NCBI RefSeq assembly: GCF_044704955.1
Contig: NC_091977.1
Location: 12,958,001-13,022,000, forward strand
DNA from: Pristiophorus japonicus
Lineage: Eukaryota
Reading direction: 5' to 3'
Length of the DNA stretch: 64,000 nucleotides
Under the pieces are notes generated by a model, which worked only from the letters and a program-made list of their open reading frames with translations, had not been told where the DNA came from and ran no database searches. The number at the start of each line of letters is the position of its first letter. Position 1 is the first letter of the stretch. This document shows positions 1 through 10,699 of the stretch, piece after piece. A program made the position numbers and the translations under genes.

Positions 1-2
1 CC

Positions 3-170
3 CTCGTGGTACCTGGGAAGTATGTCCTGATTAAGAGGTGGATTCGGAAGGGATTGGAGCCACGATGGGAGGGGCCTTTTCAGGTGTTACTCACTACCCC
101 CACTGCAGCCAAGGTTGAGGGGAAAAGTGCCTGGGTTCACCTGCACCACTGCAAGCTCACCACCCTCTAA
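3..170 (+). pseudogene. pol: ERV-A integrase C-terminus (class I gamma/epsilon-like ERV, 5' part outside window)
   Basis: Frame 3 reads [55 protein letters not shown], the [17 protein letters not shown]...WVH integrase tail. Confidence 0.9.
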
Positions 171-401
171 CGAACCTATTTTACTGGTTATTCTAACTCC
201 TGTTTCTGTTCCAGACTTCCTCTTCTCCATAGCTGAACAAGGCCGTTGGCATCCTAATTGGAACGTGGACCAGTTTGAACTTTTACCCGTAGTGATAGAC
301 AGCCAGCTACACCGACGGTGACCTGAGAAGAGAGACGGGAAAACTGAACTCTTTTCATCAGCAAAATAATTGGACTATTTATCTGAATCCTGAGCCATAA
401 G

Positions 402-1785
402 ATGAAACTGTGTCTGTATGCCACAGTCTGTATAATAGTGTTGATATATGACAGTTGGGGAGACAGAGACGAGAGCTCCATGTAAACACCTTTTTGTACA
501 TGTCTTATGTTTATGCGCAAAATGGGAACTTTTCTAGATGTTGGGTGTGTTCACATTCCCTATACATTCCCTATACATTCCAAAGGGGTAATTCCTTTGC
601 GCCCCGTTCCACTAACCCTAACTGAGACTGTCAGATGGATTCAGAGCCAAACTATCAAGAGAGGAGGGGGGTCAATACAAATACGAGAGAGGAAAGGCGG
701 GTCAAAAGGGGGATCACGGAGATCAGGAGGAGTATCATACCGTTACCACATGAATGACCACGGGGAGGTCACCAAGTGGGAGAGTGCTGGAGACCCCATT
801 AGTCAGACATTCCAGGGATGGTAACAACCAACCTACGACCGTGGAATGGAACCCCCATTCTTAGCCCTGACCAATACCTCGGGGATTGGGAGGCCAACCG
901 GGGACATATGTCGAACCCGAAATGACACCAGTCATAGGGTACAGCAAATGCCCAAACAGTCTCAACATCACCACAGGTGCACGAGTCACCATCCTCTCTC
1001 ACCTTCCGAATAAAACAGGTGGAGGTTTGTGGGCCCAGTCCTGGGACCCGGAAGCAATATATCAGAAAGCAGCTTTTAACGGCACGTATTTCGTGTGCGG
1101 TCATAAGGCATATCCTTGGTTGCCTAGGCGATGGACAGGGTCCTGTTATCTGGGATATATGGTGCCATTTGTGCGGCAAGTACGTACCCTAGCGGAAGCA
1201 CATGCCTCCAGCCGATACAAGCGAGCCATCACCCCCACCGACAAGTTCTTTGGGGTCATGATGTTCCCAATCAGGATAGGACATCTCATGGATGAAGTAC
1301 AGAACCTAGAGACGATATTGGAACAGATAGCTAACAATACTGCTGAAACTCTGGAAGGCATCACAGCTGAAATGGTAGCAATAAGGACCGTAGCATTACA
1401 AAACCGAATGGCCCTCGATTACCTGTTAGCTGAGAAAGGGGGAACGTGTGCCCTGATAGGGTCTGAATGTTGCACTTACATTCCTGATAGTTCAGAAAAC
1501 ATAACCAATCTCGCTGATAACATAAGAAGGGAGGTGAAGAAGTTATCCACACCAGCAGAAGGATCTAGCTGGTTTGATTGGCTATCAGATGGATCTTGGA
1601 GATCCTATCTAATTGTTGGTTGCCTTAACCTTTGTTGTAAAGTAATGATGGCAAGGTTAGCAAACCCTCTTGTGGTCAAGGGCTCCCGAGTTATGATCCA
1701 ACGAACTAAAGAACTACTCGACACTAACAACAATATGATTCATGAAATAGAGTGTGAACGGATGAATGCGATACTCCTAGAATGA
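402..1785 (+). pseudogene. env: ERV-A gamma-type env, frameshifted in SU; 3' part open 886-1785
   Basis: Signal-like MKLCLYATVCIIVLIY at 402; CWVC at 539-550; furin site RYKR; ISD LQNRMALDYLLAEKGGTC and CX6CC (CALIGSECC); putative splice acceptor ctaac...ccag at ~193-214. Confidence 0.9.
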
Positions 1786-1821
1786 TCCTAAGTGGTATCA
1801 TGGAATGATAAAAGGGGGGAA

Positions 1822-2376
1822 TGTGAATGTTTAAAAATGTATAGAGACATTGAAGTTGAGAATGTGGGAATTGTATAGGGACAGTATAAGCTAACAAAGA
1901 ATTCATGGAGGAATAGCCATGACATCTCAGACTCGAGACTGCAAAATGTTACAACACTAACACATATTGAAACAAAACCCACAGCTTGCAGAGAAACCTC
2001 AAGGTCTTATTAAATCATGTTATTAACCTGAAACATTAACAGAAGGTCTTTTTTAAAATCAGACCATACTTAGGTCAGCTTATGAGTGGACAAAGGGAAA
2101 GAGGGATCAAAAGGAATAGGCTGGACTAGGATGTCACTCTAGCCCTATCTTGTTATCTTTTGCCGAAAATGTATAACCGTCGTGCCTTTACAATGTAACG
2201 TCACTTTTTCCGTAGGAAGTGGGTGCGTTCTATCAGAGTGCATTCCTTCTGTCTGATAAGGTCCCCGATCGGGATTTGCTTTTTAAATAAAAGCTTGCTT
2301 TGTTTAAAGCACAAACGGTATTCGTTTCAGTAATTTTGCTGAACCAGATTGAGGTAAAAGAATCCAGAAATCAACA
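1822..2376 (+). mobile_element. ERV-A 3' LTR
   Basis: Preceded by PPT AAAAGGGGGGAA (1810-1821); starts TGT, ends ACA; AATAAA at 2286; 3' boundary inferred because the 5' LTR is outside the window. Confidence 0.7.
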
Positions 2377-3360
2377 ACGTCGGTGAAATGTAAAGACCTC
2401 ACACCGCTGGTGAATGGTTCTGTTCTCCAGCTCCCCCTTGGATAAGGTACTTTGGAATACATGTCACACCAGGGATGTGCATTCTAGGAACAGGAGTAGG
2501 CCGTCCAGCCCCTCGAGCCTGTTCCATCGTTCAATCAGATCGTGGTTGGTCCATACTTCAACTCTCTGTGTTCTTTCCAAGTTGGGAGTGGGGTGTGTAG
2601 CATTGCACACCCTCCTCCATCACAGTATCCAGTGTGCTCCCAAATAAAGGATGGATTTCTTAATAGCAGCGGGCTCATATAATCAGTCTCCCCTCACGGC
2701 GAGCGTACTGATGGACAATATATTTCCAATATCCCTGATTTGTATTTGATGTTTCAGCTCAAAGAAGCTTCAGGCTATTTTTTTTTTAAAGTCTTCATCG
2801 GAGAAAATTGATCACAATTTTAGGGCTTATTCAATGATTGAAGGTCTTACCTCACCAACTAGCGCACAAAGCTGAGCTTCTCTTCACAAACCAATATTTT
2901 AGTGTGGAATCAGTGTTTCTATATTATTCACACGATATTGTATTGTGCACATAACGGTTTAATAAACTGTTATAATTTAAACCTTTTGTAAGCAGTATCT
3001 GACCCTTTGTCTCACATCCACCACTGGATCTCCAGTAAAATATTGCAGCCATCGTGATGGCTTACTGCGTCGATGCTTGACACAAGTCAATGAATCAGAT
3101 GTTAACACAAAGAAAGACCAGAATCAGTTCCTGCCCTTGTAGCACACTCTCAGCACATTGTTCATTCCCCAGGTACAAGAAAATAACTCACAACAATACA
3201 ACGCAAGGATGGTGTTTGGAGTGATCCCCTTCTGACTACACGGCGGGCGGAACCAGTTACAATCGGCCGTGCTGTTTACACACTTCAATCGTTGGTTAAC
3301 AATTCATAAATAAACAATCCACGGATTACACGTCTTTACCACCTGGCGATTCCCTCAGAT

Positions 3361-4298
3361 GTGGATGACATTAAGTTGGGTGGCAGTGTGAGCTGCGAGG
3401 AGGATGCTATGAGGCTGCAGAGCGACTTGGATAGGTTAGGTGAGTGGGCAAATGCATGGCAGATGAAGTATAATGTGGATAAATGTGAGGTTATCCACTT
3501 TGGTGGTAAAAACAGAGAGACAGACTATTATCTGAATGGTGACAGATTAGGAAAAGGGGAGGTGCAACGAGACCTGGGTGTCGTGGTACATCAGTCATTG
3601 AAGGTTGGCATGCAGGTACAGCAGGCGGTTAAGAAAGCAAATGGCATGTTGGCCTTCATAGCGAGGGGATTTAAGTACAAGGGCAGGGAGGTGTTACTAC
3701 AGTTGTACAGGGCCTTGGTGAGACCACACCTGGAGTATTGTGTACAGTTTTGGTCTCCTAACTTGAGGAAGGACATTCTTGCTATTGAGGGAGTGCAGCG
3801 AAGGTTCACCAGACTGATTCCTGGGATGGCGGGACTGACATATCAAGAAAGACTGGATCAACTGGGCTTGTATTCACTGGAGTTCAGAAGAATGAGAGGG
3901 GATCTCATAGAAACGTTTAAAATTCTGACGGGTTTAGACAGGTTAGAAGCAGGAAGAATGTTCCCAATGTTGGGGAAGTCCAGAACCAGGGGTCACAGTC
4001 TAAGGATAAGGGGTAAGCCATTTAGGACCGAGATGAGGAGAAACTTCTTCACCCAGAGAGTGGTGAACCTGTGGAATTCTCTACCACAGGAAGTTGTTGA
4101 GGCCAATTCACTAAATATATTCAAAAAGGAGTTAGATGAAGTCCTTACTACTAGGGGGATCAAGGGGTATGGCGAGAAAGCAGGAATGGGGTACTAAAGT
4201 TTCATGTTCAGCCATGAACTCATTGAATGGCGGTGCAGGCTAGAAGGGCTGAATGGCCTGCTCCTGCACCTATTTTCTATGTTTCTATGTTTCTATGT
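3361..4298 (+). mobile_element. CR1 LINE 3' fragment (RT C-terminus + 3' UTR)
   Basis: DDIKLGG...[11 protein letters not shown]; tail (TTTCTATG)n. Confidence 0.95.
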
Positions 4299-5302
4299 AC
4301 CATGACACCCAGGTCTCATTGCACCTCCCCTTTTCCTAATCTGTCACCATTCAGATAATATTCTGCCTTCATGTTTTTGCCACCAAAGTGGATAACCTCA
4401 CATTTAACTACATTATACTGCATCTGCCATGCATTTCCCCATTCATCTAACCTGTCCAAGTCACCCTGCAGCCTCTTAGCATCCTCCTCACTGCTCACAC
4501 TACCACCCAGCTTAGTGTCATCGGCAAACTTGGAGATATTACCTTCAATTCCTTCGTCTAAATCATTAATGTATATTGCAAATAGCTGGGGTCCCAGCAC
4601 TGAACCTTGCGGTACCCCACTAGTCACTGCCTACCATTCTGAAAAGGACCCATTTATTCGTACTCTCTGCTTCCTGTCTGCTAACCAGTTCTCTATCCAT
4701 GTCAGTACATTACCCCCAATACCATGTGCTTTAATTTTGCAGACTAGTCTCTTGTGTGGGACCTTGTCAAAAGCCTTTTGAAAGTCCAAATACACCACAT
4801 CCATTGGTTCTCCCTTATCCACTCTACTAGTTACATCCTCAAAAAATTCTAGAAGATTTGTCAAGCATGATTTTCCTTTCATAAATCCATGCTGACTTGG
4901 ACCAATCCTGTCGCTGCTTTCCAAATGCGCTGCTATTATATCTTTAATAATTGATTCCAACATTTTCCTCACTACCGATGTCAGGCTAACCGGTGTATAA
5001 TTCCCCGTTTTCTCTCTCCCTCCTTTTTTAAAAAGTGGGGTTACATTAGTTACCCTCCAATCCATAGGAATTGATCCAGAGTGTATAGAATGTTGGAAAA
5101 TGACCACTATTTCTGGGCCATTTCCTTAAGTACTCTGGGATGCAGACTATCGGACCCTGGGGATTTATCGGCCTTCAATCCCATCAATTTCCCTAACACA
5201 ATTTTCTGACTAATAAGGATTTCCTTCAGTTCCTCCTTCTCTCTAGACCCTTGGTCCCCTAGTATTTCCGGAAGGTTATTTGTGTCTTCCATGGTGAAGA
5301 CA
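4299..5302 (-). mobile_element. CR1 ORF2 RT fragment
   Basis: Minus-strand ORFs with [25 protein letters not shown]. Confidence 0.93.
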
Positions 5303-6720
5303 GGTCTGTGGATATGCACTCTAAAGTCCCTTTGTTTCTCTACAATTCTCAGTGTCCTACCATTTTTTGTGTATTCCCTTGTCTTGTTAGCCCTCCACAA
5401 ATGCATTACCTCTCACTTCTCCAAATTGAATTTCATGTGTCACTGCTCTGCCCACCTGTCCAGTCCATTGATATCTTTCTGCATTCTACAGCTTACTTCT
5501 TCATTATCAACCACACGGCTAATTTTTGTATCATTTGCAAACTTCTTAATTATACCCCTACATTCAAGTCTAAATCATTGATACTGACCACGAAAAGCAA
5601 GGGATCTAGTACTGAGCTCTGCGGAACACCAGTCACAAAAACACCCATTGACCATTACCCTTTGCTTCCTGCCTCTGAGCCAATTTTGGATCCAACTAGC
5701 CACTTTACCTGTGGGACCTTATCAAAAGCCCTACTAAAATCCATATAGACTACATCAAACACACTACCCTCACCGAACCTCCTTGTTACCTCCTCAAAAA
5801 ATTAAATCCAGACACGACCTTCCCTGAACAAATCCATATTGACTGTCCTTGATTAATCCGTGTCTTTCTAAATGAAACTTTATCCTGTTCCTCAGAATTT
5901 TTTCCAATAATTTTCCCATCAGCGAGGTTGGGCTGACTGGCCTGTGATTGCTTGACCTAACCATTTCTCCCTTTTTAATCGAAGGTGCAGCGTTAGCAGT
6001 CCTCCAGTCCACTGGCACCACACCTGTAGCAGAGAGGATTGGAAAATGATGGTCAGAGCCTCTGCTATTTCCTCTTCTGCTTCTCTTAACAGTCTGGTAT
6101 ACATTTCAACCAGGCCTGGGGATTTATCCACTTTCAAAGCTGCTAAACCCTTTAGACTTCCTATCTCACTATGTTTATTTCATCTAATATTTCACATTCT
6201 ATCTACCTGATTGCAATGTCTGCACCGTTTCTCTCTTTTGTGAAGACAGCCACAAAGTATTCATTAAGTACCTTACCCAGATCCTTCACCTCCACACATA
6301 GATCACCATTTTGGTCCCTAATAGGCCCTACTCTTGCATTAGTTATCCTCTTGCTTTTTATGCAATTATAAAACATCTTTAGGTTTTCTTTGATTCTATT
6401 TGCCAGTATTTTTTTATGTCCTCTCTTTGATTTCCTAATTTCCTTCTTAATTTCACCCTTACACTTTCTATACTCTTCTCAACTTTCTGCAGTATTCAGC
6501 TCACGATATCTGATATCAAATTCACTTTTTTTGCTTTATCTTAGCCTGTATGCACCTTGTCATCCAGAGGGCTCTAAGTTTGGCAGTTCTACCCTTTTTC
6601 TTTGTGGGAACATGTTTACCCTGAACTCCATGTATCTCCTTCTTCAATGCCTCCCACTGCCCTGACACTGATTTACCTTCAAGTAGCTGTTTCCAGTCCA
6701 CTTTTGCTAAATCACTTCTC
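5303..6720 (-). mobile_element. Older, degraded CR1 ORF2 fragments
   Basis: DKSPG/DWRTAN/GFVQGRSC motifs with stops and deletions. Confidence 0.85.
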
Positions 6721-6851
6721 AACCATGATCTCGCAATGGCAGAACAAGCTCGAGGGGCTGAATGGCCTCGTCCTAGTCCTGTGTAATCGAGAAGATGCCA
6801 CAGTATTACCATGATGTCCCACACCAGTAGGGGTTTCATTGTGAAGCTTAC

Positions 6852-7223
6852 CTCTCTTCAACCTCCAGATAGCAAAACCAATTAAAAGAAAGAAGATAAT
6901 TAAAATGCCGGACCCAATGTAGAGGGCGATGTTCAACTTGTACTTGTCATCAGCGGGTAAGTGGATCTGACGGATGTCTGTCCCGTGTTCATTTACAGCC
7001 ACACAGCTGTAGTCCCCTCTCAGCGTTGGGTTAATCTCTCCCACAGTGTGATGTTTGTCCAGCTCTCGTGTGACTATCGTGCTACTGCTGTCCACGGGCA
7101 GTGCTCTGTTTTCAGGGCCGATCCACGTGATGTTTGCAGGTGGCTCCCATTCAACCTTGCACACGATGGTGTCTCCAGTTATATTATCGGACACAACCGA
7201 CAGCTCCAGGATGGTGGCTGGGG
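6852..7223 (-). CDS. Siglec-15-like exon: C2-set Ig domain + transmembrane segment
   Basis: Phase 1-1, 372-nt open exon; acceptor taac...ttcctcccccag, donor G|GTAAG; ILELSV...CKVEWEPPANITWIGP...GDYSCVAVNEHG, then TM IALYIGSGILIIFFLLIGFAIW and RLKR; resembles Siglec-15 C2 (CTAEGEPPPALAWSGP...YTCTAAN). Confidence 0.8.
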
Positions 7224-7633
7224 CTGGGGGAGGAAAGAGACAATGAGTTAACTTCATCGAATTTATCTTTATTAAACGGTCCGTGGCGACAAAACCCATT
7301 ACGTGGCACTGAGAAACATGTGAGCACAAAGAGGTGACAGCCACCAGAAGTAGATTGGATTGAAATACTCAGAGAGGAAATGGACTGGCTCCTGATTGTA
7401 AAGAGACATGGGATGGAGGAGGCGGATGGAATTAGCCTGAGTGGGTCTGGAAAATAGGAAAAAGGGCTTTAGTGCATTAAAGTCGCTATATAAATGAAAG
7501 TTGTTGTTGTCTGCCTGCACTTCCGGCAGAGGTAACCTCACAGTGCACAGGGGACATATATGTCGGATGAACTGTATTTAATGTACTGTGCTACTGTATA
7601 ATATACATTCTTTAAAACCCTTCTCTATCTCAG

Positions 7634-7822
7634 CTGATGAGAACAATAACCGGCTAGTGACTGGGAAGAAGGGAGATTTTGCCACACTGCCCTGCACATT
7701 CAGTACTCCTGGCTGGTATCCGAGCTCCATCATTGTCCTCTGGATGAAGGAGATTCCATGCGAAGAGTCTGCTGTTTTTACTCACACACGTTCCCTCGCC
7801 GCTGGTTCTCAGTATACTGACT
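7634..7822 (+). pseudogene. Truncated Ig V-set exon (N-terminal half)
   Basis: Acceptor ttctctatctcag; VTGKKGDFATLPCTF...IIVLWMKE (B-strand Cys, C-strand Trp); runs into a CR1 fragment before the second Cys. Confidence 0.7.
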
Positions 7823-8025
7823 CACTTACTAATTCTCCGCATAACATTCTCTGCTCCAAGGAGAACAAAATCAGCTTCTCTAGTTTCACCACATAAACTG
7901 AAGTCCCTCATCCCTGGTACCATTCTGGTAAATCTCCTCTGCACCATGTCCAAGGCCTTGACATCCTTCCTAAAGTCTCCGGAATTGGACTCCATACTCC
8001 AGCTGGGCCTAAACTGTGTTTTATA
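7823..8025 (-). mobile_element. CR1 fragment
   Basis: RKDVKALDMVQRRFTRMVPGMRDFS. Confidence 0.8.
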
Positions 8026-8179
8026 AAGGTGACACCCACATCTAGAGAATGAATTAAAAAACACGTGGTTGTGATGGAATCATTGTATCAAACTCAGGGC
8101 AATGAGGGAGAGCAATGAATCAGAAGATAGAAAAATATAGGAATTGCTTGATGAAAAAAAGACCACAATCCATCATGCC

Positions 8180-8441
8180 CTGTGCCATCGTTGATATCAA
8201 GGCAGCATTTGACCAAATGTGGCATCAAGGAGCCCTAATAAAGCTAAAGTCAATGGGAATCAAGGGGGAAACTCTTCACTGGCTGGAGTCATACCTAGCA
8301 CAAAGGAAGATGGTTGTAGTGGTTGGAGGTCAATCATCTCAGCCCCAGTACATCGCTGCAGGAGATCCTCAGGGCAGTGTCCTAGGCCCAACCATCTTCA
8401 GCTGCTTCATTAATGACCTTCCCTCCATCATAAGGTCAGAA
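8180..8441 (+). mobile_element. RT fragment of a second LINE family (CR1/L2 group)
   Basis: DIKAAFDQMWH...[19 protein letters not shown]; distinct from the dominant CR1; likely related 3' tails at ~10343-10415 and ~10570-10645. Confidence 0.8.
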
Positions 8442-10340
8442 GCCGGAGCCAATGTCCTAGGGGGAGTGTTTGTTAGTGTTGTTGGGGAGGGGGTTAAACT
8501 AATATGGCAGGGGGATGGGAACCTATGCAGGGAGACAGAGGGAAGTAAAATGAGGGCAGAAGCAAAAGATAGAAAGAAGAAAAGTAAAATTGGAGGGCAG
8601 AGAAACCCAAGACGAAAATCAAAAAGGGCCACATTACAGCAAAAGTCTAAAGGGACAAAGTGTGTTAAAAAGACAAGCCTGAAGGCTCTGTGTCTCAATG
8701 CGAGGAGTATTCGTAATAAGGTGGATGAATTAACTGCACAGGTTGCTATTAACAAATATGATATAATTGGGATTACGGAGACATGGCTCCAGGGTGACCA
8801 AGGCTGGGAACTCAACATTCAGGGGTATTCAACATTCAGGAAGGATAGACAGAAAGGAAAAGGAGGTGGGGTAGTGTTGCTGGTTAAAGAGGAAATTAAC
8901 GCAACAGTAAGGAAGGACATTAGCTTGGATGATGTGGAATTTGTATGGGTAGAGCTGTGGAATACCAAAGGACAGAAAAAGCTAGTGGGAGTTGTGTACA
9001 GACCACCAAACAGTAGTAGTGAGGTTGGGGACAACATCAAGCAAGAAATTAGGGATGCGTGCAATAAAGGTACAGCAGTTATCATGGGCGACTTTAATCT
9101 ACATATAGATTGGGCTAACCAAACTGGTAGCAATACAGTGGAGGAGGATTGCCTGGAGTGTTTTAGGGATGGTTTTCTGGACCAATATGTCGAGGAACCA
9201 ACTAGAGGGCTAGCCATCTTAGACTGGGTAATGTGTAATGAGAAAGAACTAATTAACAATCTTGTTGTGCGAGGCCCCTTGGAGAAGAGTGACCATAATA
9301 TGGTAGAATTCTTTATTCAGATGCAGAGTGACATAGTTAATTCAGAGACTAGGATCCTGAACTTAAGGAAAGGTAACTTCGATGGTATGTGACATGAATT
9401 GGCTAGAATAGACTGGCGAATGATACTTAAAGGGCTGACGGTGGATTGGCAATGGCAAACATTTAAAGATCACATGGCTGAACTTCAACAATTGTACATC
9501 CCTGTCCGGAGTAAAAATAAAATGGGAAAGGTGGCTCAACCGTGGCTAACAATGGAAATTAGGGATAGTGTTAAATCCAAGAAAGAGGCATATAAAGTGA
9601 CCAGAAAAAGCAGCAAATCTGGGGACTGGGAGAAATTTAGAATTCAGCAGAGGAGGACAAAGGGTTTAATTAGGAGGGGGAAAATAAAGTATAAGAGGAA
9701 GCTTGCTGGGAACATAAAAACTGACAGCAAAAGCTTCTATAGATATGTGAAGAGAAAAAGATTAGTGAAGACAACCATAGGTCCCTTGCAGTCAGAATCA
9801 GGTGAATTTATAATGGGGAACAGAGAAATGGCAGACCAATTGAACAAATACTTTTGTTCTGTTTTCACGAAGGAAGACATAAAAAATCTTGCGGAAATAC
9901 TAGGAGACCGAGGGTCTAGTGAGAAGGAGGAACTGAAGGAAATCCTTATTAGGCAGGAAATTGTGTTAGGGAAATTGATGGGATTGAAGGCCGATAAATC
10001 CCCAGGGCCTGATAGTCTGCATCCCAGAGTACTTAAGGAAGTGGCCCTAGAAATAGTGGATGCACTGGTGATCATTTTCCAACAGTCTATCGACTCTGGA
10101 TCAGTTCCTATGGACTGGAGGGTAGCTAATGTAACACCACTTTTTAAAAAAGGAGGGAGCGACAAAATGGAAAATTATAGACCGGTTAGCCTGACATCAG
10201 TCGTGGGGAAAATGTTGGAATCAATTATTAAAGATGAAATAGCAGCACATTTGGAAAGCAGTGACAGGATCGGTCCAAGTCCACATGGATTTATGAAAGG
10301 GAAATCATGCTTGACAAAGCTTCTAGAATTTTTTGAGGAT
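8442..10340 (+). mobile_element. CR1 fragment (end of ORF1, APE endonuclease, N-terminal RT)
   Basis: LNARSIRNK, ITETWL, MGDFN, SDH, DWRVANV. Confidence 0.95.
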
Positions 10341-10699
10341 GGATTAGCACCACCTTCTTGGGGTAACTGAGGATGGGCAATAAATGTCAGCCTTGTCAGC
10401 GATGCCCACATCCTGCAAATGACCTTTTAAAAGTTGCTTGTGTGTGAGTCATTGCTGTAGATTGCCAATTCTCACTCATTAATCATTGAACCACTTGCTT
10501 TTTCGCAACCAGTCCCACACCAACCTGACTGACTTTTAACTGTCCTCTCAAGGGGCTCAGTTTGATCACCACCTTCTCAGGGCAACGAGGGGAGGGCGAT
10601 AAATGCCGGCCTTATCAGCGACGCCCACATCATAGATAAAAAAAACACACGTTTGTGATCGAATTATTTTACAGCTCAATCATATTTCTAGTTTGAATT

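Noticed and set aside
2400-3360. Cytoplasmic exons of the minus-strand Siglec-like gene
   Set aside because: Donor-like GTAAG sites exist on minus (~2850, ~3065) but I could not define a credible exon or ITIM.
8115-9392. 425-aa ORF with RT before endonuclease
   Set aside because: Chance in-frame junction of two different LINE fragments at ~8442.
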